IMG/VR virus record: IMGVR_UViG_3300032298_001311
Coordinates: 64,773 to 128,772 of that record
Origin: a virus
Reading direction: 5' to 3' (one strand)
Length of the DNA: 64,000 nucleotides
The notes below the pieces were generated by a model. The model searched no databases and had not been told where the DNA came from. It saw only the letters and a program-made list of their open reading frames with translations. The translations under genes were made by a program, and so were the position numbers. How positions within the stretch are numbered: the stretch's first letter is position 1; each line of letters begins with the position of its first letter. This document shows, in pieces, positions 46,249 through 55,807 of this stretch.

Positions 46249-46276
46249 ATAATAGCATAGATAGGATATGTGTCAA
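46249..46276 (-). promoter_or_regulatory. Early sigma70-type promoter with 16-bp spacer and extended -10
   Basis: TTGACA-N13-TGC-TATTAT. Same architecture at 37128-37155, 38113-38140 and 48375-48402; 60648-60675 has the spacer but no TG. Confidence 0.75.
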
Positions 46277-46286
46277 GAGACTCTCT

Positions 46287-46920
46287 TTACTTTATAATAA
46301 CTTCACTGGTTGTTTCAATCCAAACTCTTGCTCCACAACTCAACGGCTTGTCTGGACTGTAAACAACACGGCTTGGTCCTAATATCTCAACCTCGTGAGC
46401 ATAGGTATTCTTCTTACCTTGCTTAACAGATAAGACTGGCTCACGATTGCCAGTCTTATGATTGGAACGAATGACATGTTGGTTAACATGTATAATTGTC
46501 TTTGCCACTAGGCTTCTGCTGCCTCTAGATTACCGTGAATTTTTGTTAAGACATTCTTAATTGCTGCTTCAACTTTATCAACAGCCTTATTGTCTCCCGG
46601 AAAGAGTTCACTTGCCATTCCAACAACAAAAAGCCAATGTTCATTTTCTGCCTGTTGCTGCTGTTTCTCAATTTCCTCGAGAATAAGTTCTTTCATTTCA
46701 TCCGTAAGCTGGATGTCGTTGCTTTTATTCCAAAACATTATGCCGCCTCCTTTAAGCCATCTGTTAGACCAAGAGCCTTACACTCTTCCGGAAAGCGGCG
46801 CCACACTTCCTTGATCAAATCACTGCGCTGTTCCTCAATACCCGGCACTTCACAAATTTCGGATAAGGAGATGATCTCCTCAATGAAGTCCTGAAAAGTC
46901 CAATGCCAAGTCTTTTCCAT
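46287..46920 (-). CDS. Three small early hypothetical genes (46287-46508, 46508-46738, 46738-46920)
   Basis: Coupled ORFs downstream of an early promoter and AAGGAG. Confidence 0.55.
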
Positions 46921-46928
46921 TGTAGTGA

Positions 46929-46980
46929 CTCCTTCGTTGTCTACAATTATATATTAGCACCTTTGCAGAATACGTCAACC
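46929..46980 (-). repeat. 52-bp promoter-RBS cassette, copy 1
   Basis: 48/52 identical to 47849-47900; TTGACG-N13-TGC-TAATAT...AAGGAG. Confidence 0.85.
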
Positions 46981-47652
46981 TCAGTAGCAGACTTTAGTAT
47001 AAGTAACTCCATTACTTACAACCTGACAAGTAGGACGACGAGGCATTGCTGGGAGGTATTGGACTGGCGGTTGATATCCAGAAGCCATAGCATTACGATA
47101 GTTAGCGCCACCACCATATTGCTGAGATTGAGCAAATGGATAACCCGGTCCAGGTCCTCTACCATTATATAATTGTGGATTGCGGTATTGTGGGTGAGGA
47201 TAAGATCCGCCGCCACCTCCTCTTGTAGCACCGTAAGCATAGTTACCCGGTGGCACTCCGGGACGCTGATAGATAGCTCCCGGATAGTAATTACCTCCCA
47301 TAAACAAACCACCGAGCATTGAGCCTAATCCGCCTAGCATACCTAAACCACCGCCGCCCATAAACAAACCGCCGAGCATACCCATTCCGGCATTACCGCC
47401 CCATCCTCTGCCGTAGCCATTAGCAGACGGAACTCCACCCCAACCTAACATACCACGACCAAAACCGTTAGTTCCACCTGCCCACTGTTGGTAAAAGCCG
47501 CCGCCGGGACCAAATCCTCTCATACCACAATTAGAACAGGCGTTCCAGCCTCCACCCATTCCAAAGCCGGGACCACTTCCCCAAAAGTATTGAGCATTAG
47601 CAGGAGTAGCAAGAGCAGTAGCAATAGCAGCCGCAGCAAGAATCTTACGCAT
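46981..47652 (-). CDS. Secreted Gly-rich low-complexity protein
   Basis: Signal peptide MRKILAAAAIATALATPANA-Q; GMLGGLFMGG duplicated; terminal Cys pair. Confidence 0.65.
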   Translation of the reverse strand: MRKILAAAAIATALATPANAQYFWGSGPGFGMGGGWNACSNCGMRGFGPGGGFYQQWAGGTNGFGRGMLGWGGVPSANGYGRGWGGNAGMGMLGGLFMGGGGLGMLGGLGSMLGGLFMGGNYYPGAIYQRPGVPPGNYAYGATRGGGGGSYPHPQYRNPQLYNGRGPGPGYPFAQSQQYGGGANYRNAMASGYQPPVQYLPAMPRRPTCQVVSNGVTYTKVCY

Positions 47653-47842
47653 AGTCTTGTTCCTCGGTTGTATTCATAAAACGATCAAACCATTGAATTA
47701 CATTCTCTTCAGTCCACATCGGAACGGACGGAGGATAACGATACTTCTCTTTAAAAGCATCTGTGAAAACTTCCCATAGAGCTTCGTTTACAATAGCACA
47801 AAGTTCGTTCTCAGGTATCTCTTTGTGGAACACATATCCCAT
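47645..47842 (-). CDS. Hypothetical early protein
   Basis: Directly behind cassette copy 2. Confidence 0.55.
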   Translation of the reverse strand: MGYVFHKEIPENELCAIVNEALWEVFTDAFKEKYRYPPSVPMWTEENVIQWFDRFMNTTEEQDYA

Positions 47843-47848
47843 TGTCTG

Positions 47849-47900
47849 CTCCTTCGTTGTCTACAATTATATATTAGCACCTTTACGGAGTAAGTCAACC
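47849..47900 (-). repeat. 52-bp promoter-RBS cassette, copy 2
   Basis: See 46929-46980. Confidence 0.85.
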
Positions 47901-48347
47901 AGTCCATTCTGCAACATAGTTAACTCCTCATTGTCAACATAGAAGTCTGTCCGAGGATCCCAATACTGTCCTTCACGGGGATCATAGTATAACACTCTGC
48001 CATTAGCGTATGTAAACGGACCTTCCAATCCTTTGCGGGGACCAAAACCATGATTGATTTTTGGAAGAACGGCATAGCCCATATTACATGCTCCAATATC
48101 GTTCAGTGGATGGATCACAAACACCACCAACATCCTGTTGGTTAATGTAAACATCTTTGCCAGTCATTATATTTTTGACAGCAACCTTTTGATTGTAAAC
48201 AGCGTTGAAAGCATTTTCTTCCATAACGCCATATGCCTCACTACCGGCCTTACGGTTCATAGCAGCCTTACTAATTTTGGCACCACGCTCTGTGGGATAC
48301 CATTTAACGGATTGTTTACGTTTAATGTGGTAAACTAAGTAAGCCAT
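47867..48347 (-). CDS. Two small early genes (47867-48082, 48084-48347)
   Basis: GLEGPF.Y.NGRVLYYDP.EGQYWDP.TD.YV and CDPSTERYWSM motifs. Confidence 0.6.
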
Positions 48348-48418
48348 TTGCTTGCTCCTTATTGCCTATAATACATAATAGCACCATAAGAGAGCCTGTC
48401 AACCGGGCTTTGTTTACA

Positions 48419-48655
48419 TTATCGTTGTGGACCTTTTTGGATTTGTTTAACAAAACTTCCCAAACCTTTAGCAGCCTTTCCAAATTTAGTATATGGAAGT
48501 TCTTTCTGAAAGTCTGATGCTTGATTATATCCTTTCTTTACACCCTGTTTAAATGATTTAAAAAAAGAGTTAGAAGTACCTGTTTTTTTCGACTGTGTTT
48601 TTAAAGTTTGATTAAACGAATCAGCAGCCGTTTCTAATAGTTCATGTATTTTCAT
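48419..48655 (-). CDS. Small basic late protein
   Basis: MKIHELLE; perfect TATAAATA 5 nt upstream of the ATG. Confidence 0.6.
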   Translation of the reverse strand: MKIHELLETAADSFNQTLKTQSKKTGTSNSFFKSFKQGVKKGYNQASDFQKELPYTKFGKAAKGLGSFVKQIQKGPQR

Positions 48656-48663
48656 ACAGATAT

Positions 48664-49122
48664 TTATACCACAATAATATCATCAAACCCCTCGTCAGGG
48701 GTAGGTTTTTCTATGGTTTTAATCATACTATTCATTACGTAGTCTGGTATATTTTTTCCAGGGCGACTGGACAAACGCTTTTTAAGAACATCTGTGTGTG
48801 GAGTTGGAAAAAATACTGCAACTTTTCTATAATTATTTGGAACCATCTTAAGTTTATTACGACGTCCATTTTTTGTAAGATTAGTTTGGTCCCAAATTAA
48901 ATCCATATTATCACTAAAGGCTTTTCGAGCAGTAGTTATTGCATGAGTATTTGCTGCTTTAATATAATCATCAAATACATCATTATAAGTTGAACCCATC
49001 TTTTCGGCTTGTTTTTCAATAAAGTCATCCGAACTAGCCACTAAAGCACTACTCTGGTTATTTTTTGCCCAAGTACTTTTTCCAGATGCAGGAACACCAA
49101 CTAGCATATATAAAGTAGGCAT
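48664..49122 (-). CDS. AAA_33 / polynucleotide-kinase-like P-loop kinase
   Basis: LVGVPASGKST, SSDD, IWDQTN and R...R. Confidence 0.85.
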   Translation of the reverse strand: MPTLYMLVGVPASGKSTWAKNNQSSALVASSDDFIEKQAEKMGSTYNDVFDDYIKAANTHAITTARKAFSDNMDLIWDQTNLTKNGRRNKLKMVPNNYRKVAVFFPTPHTDVLKKRLSSRPGKNIPDYVMNSMIKTIEKPTPDEGFDDIIVV

Positions 49123-49200
49123 TTAAAACTCCTAGCATTACTTATAACTTATTTTATCAAAATCTACAAGTTCTATTTTAGGTTCTTGAATCAAATCTTC

Positions 49201-50595
49201 TTATCTAAACTGATTTCTATAAATTTGATTTACTTGTTGTATATAATAATTTGTACGATCAACACTATTCATTAATAGATTATAATTATGTTCTATTATT
49301 TCTTCCATCGAATTATACCAAGAAATTTTATTATCTATTGTAATAATTTTCTTTAACGAATTTATTATGCTTTCAAATCTTTCAGTATCAGATAATTTAT
49401 CATATGTTTCGTCTATGAATCCTTCAAATGTTTTATATCCTAACTCTTTTAATTTTTCTAAAGATCCTTTATTACCTAAAATAATAAATGGATGTTTACA
49501 CGCAATAGATTTGAAAGTTTTTTCACTTATAAAAATAGTTTCGTCTTCGGTCACATATTTTTTATAGTATGATGCTTCAGACACAATAGAGACCCAGGAA
49601 TCTTTATAAACTTGATCTACAATTCTATTGATATATGTAATATCCTCCCCTTTATTATTTTTATTATAGATTTGGATAGGTAATCTAGATAAAGCATCAT
49701 TAAAGTCTTTTTCTGTAAACATATTGTTCATTTCTACAAATCTATGTCTTTCAATTTTTTGCATACTTACTAACCCATAATCTAATAGATTATTGTTGTA
49801 GAGATAAAGATAAAAAACTGCTCTATGTAATCTATCTCTTTTATTAAGACAATTATAAACTTTAATATCTTGTAAATGTTCTTTCTTATAATTTAAAAGA
49901 GAATTAAAATTATTATTTTGATTATTTTCTTCTACAGTATACTTTACTATAGTTTCAAAATTAACAAAAGGAATTACATTAATTCTTTCCTTGATATTAT
50001 TATCTATAACCCATTTATTATATTGTGTATCTGCTAATAAATTTCCAGGCATGTAAATAACAAGGGAAGGAGATATATTAAAATTGTTACAAGATTTATG
50101 AAAAAACTCCCATATCCAATCTGCATGATACCCTTCTAAACTCTGATCTATCAGTAAAAGGGCTTTCTTATTTTGTAATTTTTCTAAATATGTAGAATTT
50201 AAATTTTCAAAAATACCTTTTCTTTCTTTGTTAAATTTAATTTTAGAATACATTCCTCCAGCCCAATCATATGGAGTTCTACCAACCGACGTAGAAATAA
50301 TATAAGGATCTGATGAATTTATATTAACGATATAAGCAGGAATATCAATAAATTTATTAACTAATGGTAATGTCTCTTTTAATGATAGATTAGATCCTGA
50401 CACATATAATTTTCGTAGTTCGTCTGGACATTTTTGTTTTAAAAATGGAATAATATCATTGTAACTATTAAATCTTTCAAAGAGGGCTTTTCTAACAAAC
50501 GGAGATATACTATAAATGGGTTGATCAAATAAACAAACTTCTTTACTGTTTATAAAATTTAAAAGATTTTCACAGTCTTCGAAAGCAAAATTCAT
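49201..50595 (-). CDS. Hypothetical protein, possibly glycosyltransferase-like
   Basis: CLNKR.RLHR and SIVSE...FISEKTFK.I...HPFII.G...L..L..LG.KTF motifs loosely resemble the C-terminal part of GT10/GT47-type enzymes. Confidence 0.45.
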   Translation of the reverse strand: MNFAFEDCENLLNFINSKEVCLFDQPIYSISPFVRKALFERFNSYNDIIPFLKQKCPDELRKLYVSGSNLSLKETLPLVNKFIDIPAYIVNINSSDPYIISTSVGRTPYDWAGGMYSKIKFNKERKGIFENLNSTYLEKLQNKKALLLIDQSLEGYHADWIWEFFHKSCNNFNISPSLVIYMPGNLLADTQYNKWVIDNNIKERINVIPFVNFETIVKYTVEENNQNNNFNSLLNYKKEHLQDIKVYNCLNKRDRLHRAVFYLYLYNNNLLDYGLVSMQKIERHRFVEMNNMFTEKDFNDALSRLPIQIYNKNNKGEDITYINRIVDQVYKDSWVSIVSEASYYKKYVTEDETIFISEKTFKSIACKHPFIILGNKGSLEKLKELGYKTFEGFIDETYDKLSDTERFESIINSLKKIITIDNKISWYNSMEEIIEHNYNLLMNSVDRTNYYIQQVNQIYRNQFR

Positions 50596-51590
50596 ATTAA
50601 TTTATTAGCCCAAGTTTTAGGAGTTAAATCATTAATTATTTCAATAGGAAAATCATATTTAAAATCTTTTGTACCTTTAAACTTAATCCAATCGGCAGTA
50701 TTCTTTATCGCAGTTTTAATATCAGTTTTAGTTTCATATCCTAACAATTGCCTTGCTTTATTAGACGAACAAGTTGCATATTTTACTTCTGCGGGTCGAT
50801 CAGCCATAAAAATAGGTAATGCATTTAATCCAGTTTCATTCGCAACAAGAGACGCTAATTCTTTTATTGTAATAGGATTCTCATCAGGTCCTATGTTTAT
50901 GACCTCATATATAATATCTTCTAGTACAAGTTTTTCTAAACAAAAAATACAATCGTCTATGTAAGAAAAACATCTTTGTTGTTCTCCATCTCCATAAATT
51001 ATAGAAGGTTTACCTTGTAAATTACGATTAATCATTATACTAACTACGTTTCTAAATGGATCATCGTATCTTTGTCTTGGTCCTATTATGTTATGAGGAA
51101 CAGCAATATTCCATTCCATCTTGTGTATTTTAGATAATGATTTAAGAATATCTTCTCCTGCAACTTTTGCAATTCCGTAAGGATCAACAGGTTGAGGTAT
51201 ATCGGTTTCTAAAAACGGACTTCTCTGATTACCATATCTTGCCATACTACTACAATAAACAAATCTTCTTACATTATTTTCGATAGCAGAGCTTATACAC
51301 GAAACCGATGCTTGAAATATGTTTTTAGTAATAAAATCTGGACTAAAAATACTCAATCCTTCGTGTGCAGTAGCAGCAGTATGAATTACTATTTCCGTTC
51401 CTTGCATAATTTTTGTCATTTGATCTCTATCACAACAATCAGTTAGAAAAAAATTAGCATTTTTTGGAACATTATCTTTAAAGCCACCTATTAGGTTATC
51501 ATTGCCTGATACTTCGTGACCTAGATCTATTAATCGATCAGCTAAATGACTACCTAAGAAACCTGCTATTCCTGTAATAAAGATTTTCAT
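50592..51590 (-). CDS. NAD-dependent nucleotide-sugar epimerase/dehydratase (extended SDR)
   Basis: ITGIAGFLG, CSSMARYG, YGIAK (YxxxK), HNIIGP and RCFSYIDD. Confidence 0.92.
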   Translation of the reverse strand: MKIFITGIAGFLGSHLADRLIDLGHEVSGNDNLIGGFKDNVPKNANFFLTDCCDRDQMTKIMQGTEIVIHTAATAHEGLSIFSPDFITKNIFQASVSCISSAIENNVRRFVYCSSMARYGNQRSPFLETDIPQPVDPYGIAKVAGEDILKSLSKIHKMEWNIAVPHNIIGPRQRYDDPFRNVVSIMINRNLQGKPSIIYGDGEQQRCFSYIDDCIFCLEKLVLEDIIYEVINIGPDENPITIKELASLVANETGLNALPIFMADRPAEVKYATCSSNKARQLLGYETKTDIKTAIKNTADWIKFKGTKDFKYDFPIEIINDLTPKTWANKLI

Positions 51591-51596
51591 ATTAAA

Positions 51597-52358
51597 TTAT
51601 TTTAAATTTAATTTTTCAAATTCTTTTTCTAAAAAGTCAGCATAAAAAGCATGAGCCTCTTTAGGTAAGTGCCATAGTAGTTTACTTTGTCTTCCAAATC
51701 CCTCTTTTGTACACATAAACAAGTATGACATATCTTTATCATTTAAATAAGGATAATAATCTTTATCTAATAATTTTAATAAAGAATTTGAGGTTTTAGT
51801 TGGAATATATGTATCAAATGCATTTCCGAACCAAAAATTACATCCATGATTCTTTAATAATTCCTGTAGGAAGATTATATTTTTTATTTTATTATCACTC
51901 CAAAAAGGAGGATCTTCGACAAATATTCTTTCAAACCATTCAAATAGTTTTGCTTGAAACCCGGTATATTTTTGCACAGTAGTCTGTCTAACTGTAAAAC
52001 TTTTATAAGCATAATCATGTTCATAATCAACAAAATGTGTATAAAACGGTTGAGAAGCAAACCTATATTCCCAACGCTCTGCTCCGGTCCAATGTATTAA
52101 TACTAAAACATTAAGACTGCCATTAGCAATACTTTCAGCATTATCAGCTATCCAACATGCAGTAGATCTAGCAATCCAATCATTACTTCCTCCAGGAACA
52201 GCAATATTTACAGGATCACGACCTAGTTTTTTTGCTAGATATGCTCCGAAACAATTATTCCTACAAGATTTGCTATCACCATCAAGTGGAGAAACTGATT
52301 CGCTACCAACAGAATGACTGCACCCGTTTATTAATAAAACACGTCTTGTTTTTTTCAT
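51597..52358 (-). CDS. SGNH/GDSL-like hydrolase (GCS variant)
   Basis: LINGCSHSVG, NIAVPGGSN and WHLPKEAH. Confidence 0.65.
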   Translation of the reverse strand: MKKTRRVLLINGCSHSVGSESVSPLDGDSKSCRNNCFGAYLAKKLGRDPVNIAVPGGSNDWIARSTACWIADNAESIANGSLNVLVLIHWTGAERWEYRFASQPFYTHFVDYEHDYAYKSFTVRQTTVQKYTGFQAKLFEWFERIFVEDPPFWSDNKIKNIIFLQELLKNHGCNFWFGNAFDTYIPTKTSNSLLKLLDKDYYPYLNDKDMSYLFMCTKEGFGRQSKLLWHLPKEAHAFYADFLEKEFEKLNLK

Positions 52359-52359
52359 C

Positions 52360-53322
52360 TTATCCTTTATCCTTAGGAATTATTATATCGGTTCCACAAG
52401 TACAATGATACTTATTACAAATTATTTTTAAAGGAGCAACCTTTGATACATCGCCTAAAATGTGACCAATCATACTTCCTTGGCCACAACTTGCCGCGCT
52501 CACATTTCCTCTCGGATTGATAAAAATACTGTCTCCAATATTACATTTCCACCCTTGGAAGAAATTTAAACCTCGGACGATTAAATCGTTTGAGTTAACT
52601 GGTGCTATCTTATTATCACTATATCTAGCATAACTTACACAATTATTTTCTTTATAAGGTTTTGATTTAGTAAAGTTCATTTCTATATTATGATTTTTAA
52701 TCCATTCTTGTTTATCAGGATCATTGTACTTCCACGGACCGGCATTTATACTTAATTCGTCAAATAAAGGTGTCCATTCTAAAAAATAATTTGGTAGTTC
52801 TCTCTTTAATTTTTCTCCAAATTCTACAACTTCCCAAAATCTTTCTTCGTGCATTAATAATTTTGATGAAAGATAATTAATCTTATCACATAGAAAAAAA
52901 GTATTATTGAAATATTTTTCTTTGTCAGCAAATTCTATATGAAAACTTGCTACAATGTCGTCAATCAGATGATAATTATTTTCCCACCACTTTAAAGGTC
53001 TACTCAAATTAGTATTAACTGCAATAGTGCAATCAGGTAGTACAGATTTTAACCATTTAACTATTGGAAGAAAGTTCTTCCAAGCAGTTGGTTCTCCACC
53101 GCTGAAAAAGAATTTAAAATCGTTGTATCCGACATCTTTATATTTGTCAATAATAATTTCAAGATTTTTTATGTATAGAGATACATCCTCTTCATTCCGA
53201 TCTCTTCCACTCCAATTACCTGGATTACAATAACTACACTTATAATTACAGAAATTATTAACTTGCCATGTTACTGCTAGATAAGGCTTTTTAGATTCAA
53301 TTGCAATTAGATCTGCGACCAT
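52360..53322 (-). CDS. Radical SAM protein with C-terminal Cys motif
   Basis: FCNYKCSYC, FSGGEPT and CNIG...AASCGQG...CNKYHCTC. Confidence 0.9.
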   Translation of the reverse strand: MVADLIAIESKKPYLAVTWQVNNFCNYKCSYCNPGNWSGRDRNEEDVSLYIKNLEIIIDKYKDVGYNDFKFFFSGGEPTAWKNFLPIVKWLKSVLPDCTIAVNTNLSRPLKWWENNYHLIDDIVASFHIEFADKEKYFNNTFFLCDKINYLSSKLLMHEERFWEVVEFGEKLKRELPNYFLEWTPLFDELSINAGPWKYNDPDKQEWIKNHNIEMNFTKSKPYKENNCVSYARYSDNKIAPVNSNDLIVRGLNFFQGWKCNIGDSIFINPRGNVSAASCGQGSMIGHILGDVSKVAPLKIICNKYHCTCGTDIIIPKDKG

Positions 53323-54560
53323 TCGTAAACCTCTCGTAATTCTGGTAGAGCATCGAATAACTTTTCTTTTCTAACTTCGTCTAATTCGTCATTAAACGAA
53401 AAGAATTGTTTAATTCCATCTTTGTTTTCTTCTCCAGATTTAAGAGTATTCAATACAGTTTTATATGCATTTCTGATTGATTCAGAATATGACAAATCTC
53501 TAAATACGTCGTCGTACATTGATGCTATTCTATCTCTATAAAATTGTGGTAAAATTAATATAGAACAATACCAAGGATTAGTTAATATATTCAATCTAAC
53601 TTCTCGATCCTTGTGTAAAAATCCTTTTTCAATCCAATCTTTATGGAATTGTGGAAACTGATGAAGATTCCAAATAGAAATTGTAGGAGTTAGTTCAAAT
53701 CTTATGTGTGGAACTTCTTTTAAAATCATTCTAGCATTTTCTTCTATTTGATTCCAATCGGTACCTTTTCTCATAAATTCAGCCAATGGTCCGCTTGCAT
53801 CTAAACTAGCGTAAATTTCAACAAACTGAAATTTTCTCCAATACTTTAAAATATCTTTATTTTTATAATTCAATTGGCTAAAGTTTGTAGTATACGTAAT
53901 TCTTACATCTGTTTTATTATGTTCTAACCAATAGTCTAATATTTTATAATGTTCTGGAGTAATTAATGCCTCACCTCCAGCAAAATAAACTTCATCAACA
54001 TCGAGCAAATGCGGTTTTAGTTTTTCCCAGAACGATCCATCATCGTTATTGCTAACAACTATTTTTTCTAAACCGAAACGAGTTTTTAATCTAGCTTCAC
54101 CATATCTTTCTCGGTATTCAGATGCCCATTGACTACTACAGGAAGGTCCACAACTACGACATTTCATATTACAAATATTACTAAAACGAATATCCATATA
54201 TTTTAATTCAAATTTGTCTATACTACCATCGTCATTCGTAGCATTTACTTGATCCAAATTTGCAATACCTCTTACAGTATTTTGACTTTGTCTTAAACTC
54301 CAAGTTCCAAATAGTTCTACATCATAGCATCTTTTACATATATCACTAGGAACATCATTAAGCATGTTTAATCTTAATTCTTTAAATTTTTCCGAATTCA
54401 TCATATCAAGGAGAGTATCATGTTCGGTCAAATTTGTTAGAGGTTTAGATGAATCAGCCATACAGCAAGGAAAAACTTTACTATCTGGCCAAGCATGGAA
54501 ATGTAACCAAGGAAGTATGCAAAAGTTTTTTGTATAAAAAATATCTTCAGAGGCTTTCAT
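53307..54560 (-). CDS. Radical SAM protein with N-terminal SPASM-like domain
   Basis: FCILPWLH..PCC..CKRC, FSNICNMKCRSC and FAGGE. Confidence 0.9.
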   Translation of the reverse strand: MKASEDIFYTKNFCILPWLHFHAWPDSKVFPCCMADSSKPLTNLTEHDTLLDMMNSEKFKELRLNMLNDVPSDICKRCYDVELFGTWSLRQSQNTVRGIANLDQVNATNDDGSIDKFELKYMDIRFSNICNMKCRSCGPSCSSQWASEYRERYGEARLKTRFGLEKIVVSNNDDGSFWEKLKPHLLDVDEVYFAGGEALITPEHYKILDYWLEHNKTDVRITYTTNFSQLNYKNKDILKYWRKFQFVEIYASLDASGPLAEFMRKGTDWNQIEENARMILKEVPHIRFELTPTISIWNLHQFPQFHKDWIEKGFLHKDREVRLNILTNPWYCSILILPQFYRDRIASMYDDVFRDLSYSESIRNAYKTVLNTLKSGEENKDGIKQFFSFNDELDEVRKEKLFDALPELREVYEWSQI

Positions 54561-55806
54561 ACCAACTCCTTAATTCTGGAAATGTTTCAACAAATAATTC
54601 ATTACGAACTCTATCAATTGTATCAATGTGTGACTTCATAATATGATTAGGTATCGGAGTATCTTCTAAAGGTTGTGCCATATATTCCTTAATCTCATTA
54701 AGTCTATCAACTAATCCTCCGGATATATTCCATTCTCTTTGTTTAATATAATTGTTAATCTTGTCAATTCCGGTAGCTCTTAATTCTAAAGGAAGATGTT
54801 TTAATGATTGCCACGAAGGTGTTATTTGTCTATAGAGGGTTGCTCTGCTAGTCAAAGGATCAAACAATCCTCTATCTTCGAGATCCTCAAGAAAGTCAGT
54901 TATGGTCATACAATTCCATAATCCTACTACAGCATTATATTCAATCTTTACATTAGGGCATTCATTCTTAATTTTTGTTAAATTAAAAACTACTTCGTCC
55001 CAATTAGTACCGCTTCTAATATATTCTGCTCTTTTGCCCCAACTATCAATACTCGCATAAAGATCTATTTCTTTAAAGTGCTTCCAATAGTCAATAATGT
55101 TTTTGCTTTTATAATTTAAAACACTAACATTACTGTTATATCTTAACAATGCTTCTGTTGAGTTATTTTCTATTAAAAAGTCTAATATCTTATAATGTTC
55201 AGGAGTAATTAAAGGTTCGCCGCCTGCAAAATAAACCACCTTCATAAATGGTAGATGAGGTTTAAATTGTTCTAATAACTGATCATTATTATTAGTTGCT
55301 TTTATAAAGACTTGATAGTCCGGATTATCTTTTTCCCAATTTGCCTTTGCTTCTTGAGCCCAAGCAGAAGAAAACCAATCCCCACAAGTCCTACATTTAA
55401 AATTACAAATGTTACTCCATCTAACATCGAAATATCTTAATTTCATTTCATCAATGGAGCCATCCTCGTTAGTTTCTTCAACTTGAGTTATAAACTCTTC
55501 GAAGTCTCTATTTGCCCATTGTCTAAATGATGTAGGAGATTGATCGTCAGCAGTAGCATTTTCGTGAATATAACAAGTTTCACAATGTGGCGACTTTTTT
55601 CCTTGTAACATATTCAATCGAAGTTGTTTATATTCTTCACTATTCCAAACTTCTTCAATTGTATTAGTTCTAACATTACCTAGAGGAAAATCATATTTTG
55701 CTGTGCAACAAGGATATACATCACCAGTTGTATTGATATACTGGTGTATCCAAGGCATTATGCAAAATGATGGATTATTGAATAATTCTTCTTTATCTAT
55801 TTTCAT
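54547..55806 (-). CDS. Radical SAM protein with N-terminal SPASM-like domain
   Basis: FCIMPWIH..PCC..CETC, WSNICNFKCRTC and FAGGEPL. Confidence 0.9.
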   Translation of the reverse strand: MKIDKEELFNNPSFCIMPWIHQYINTTGDVYPCCTAKYDFPLGNVRTNTIEEVWNSEEYKQLRLNMLQGKKSPHCETCYIHENATADDQSPTSFRQWANRDFEEFITQVEETNEDGSIDEMKLRYFDVRWSNICNFKCRTCGDWFSSAWAQEAKANWEKDNPDYQVFIKATNNNDQLLEQFKPHLPFMKVVYFAGGEPLITPEHYKILDFLIENNSTEALLRYNSNVSVLNYKSKNIIDYWKHFKEIDLYASIDSWGKRAEYIRSGTNWDEVVFNLTKIKNECPNVKIEYNAVVGLWNCMTITDFLEDLEDRGLFDPLTSRATLYRQITPSWQSLKHLPLELRATGIDKINNYIKQREWNISGGLVDRLNEIKEYMAQPLEDTPIPNHIMKSHIDTIDRVRNELFVETFPELRSWYESL

Positions 55807-55807
55807 A

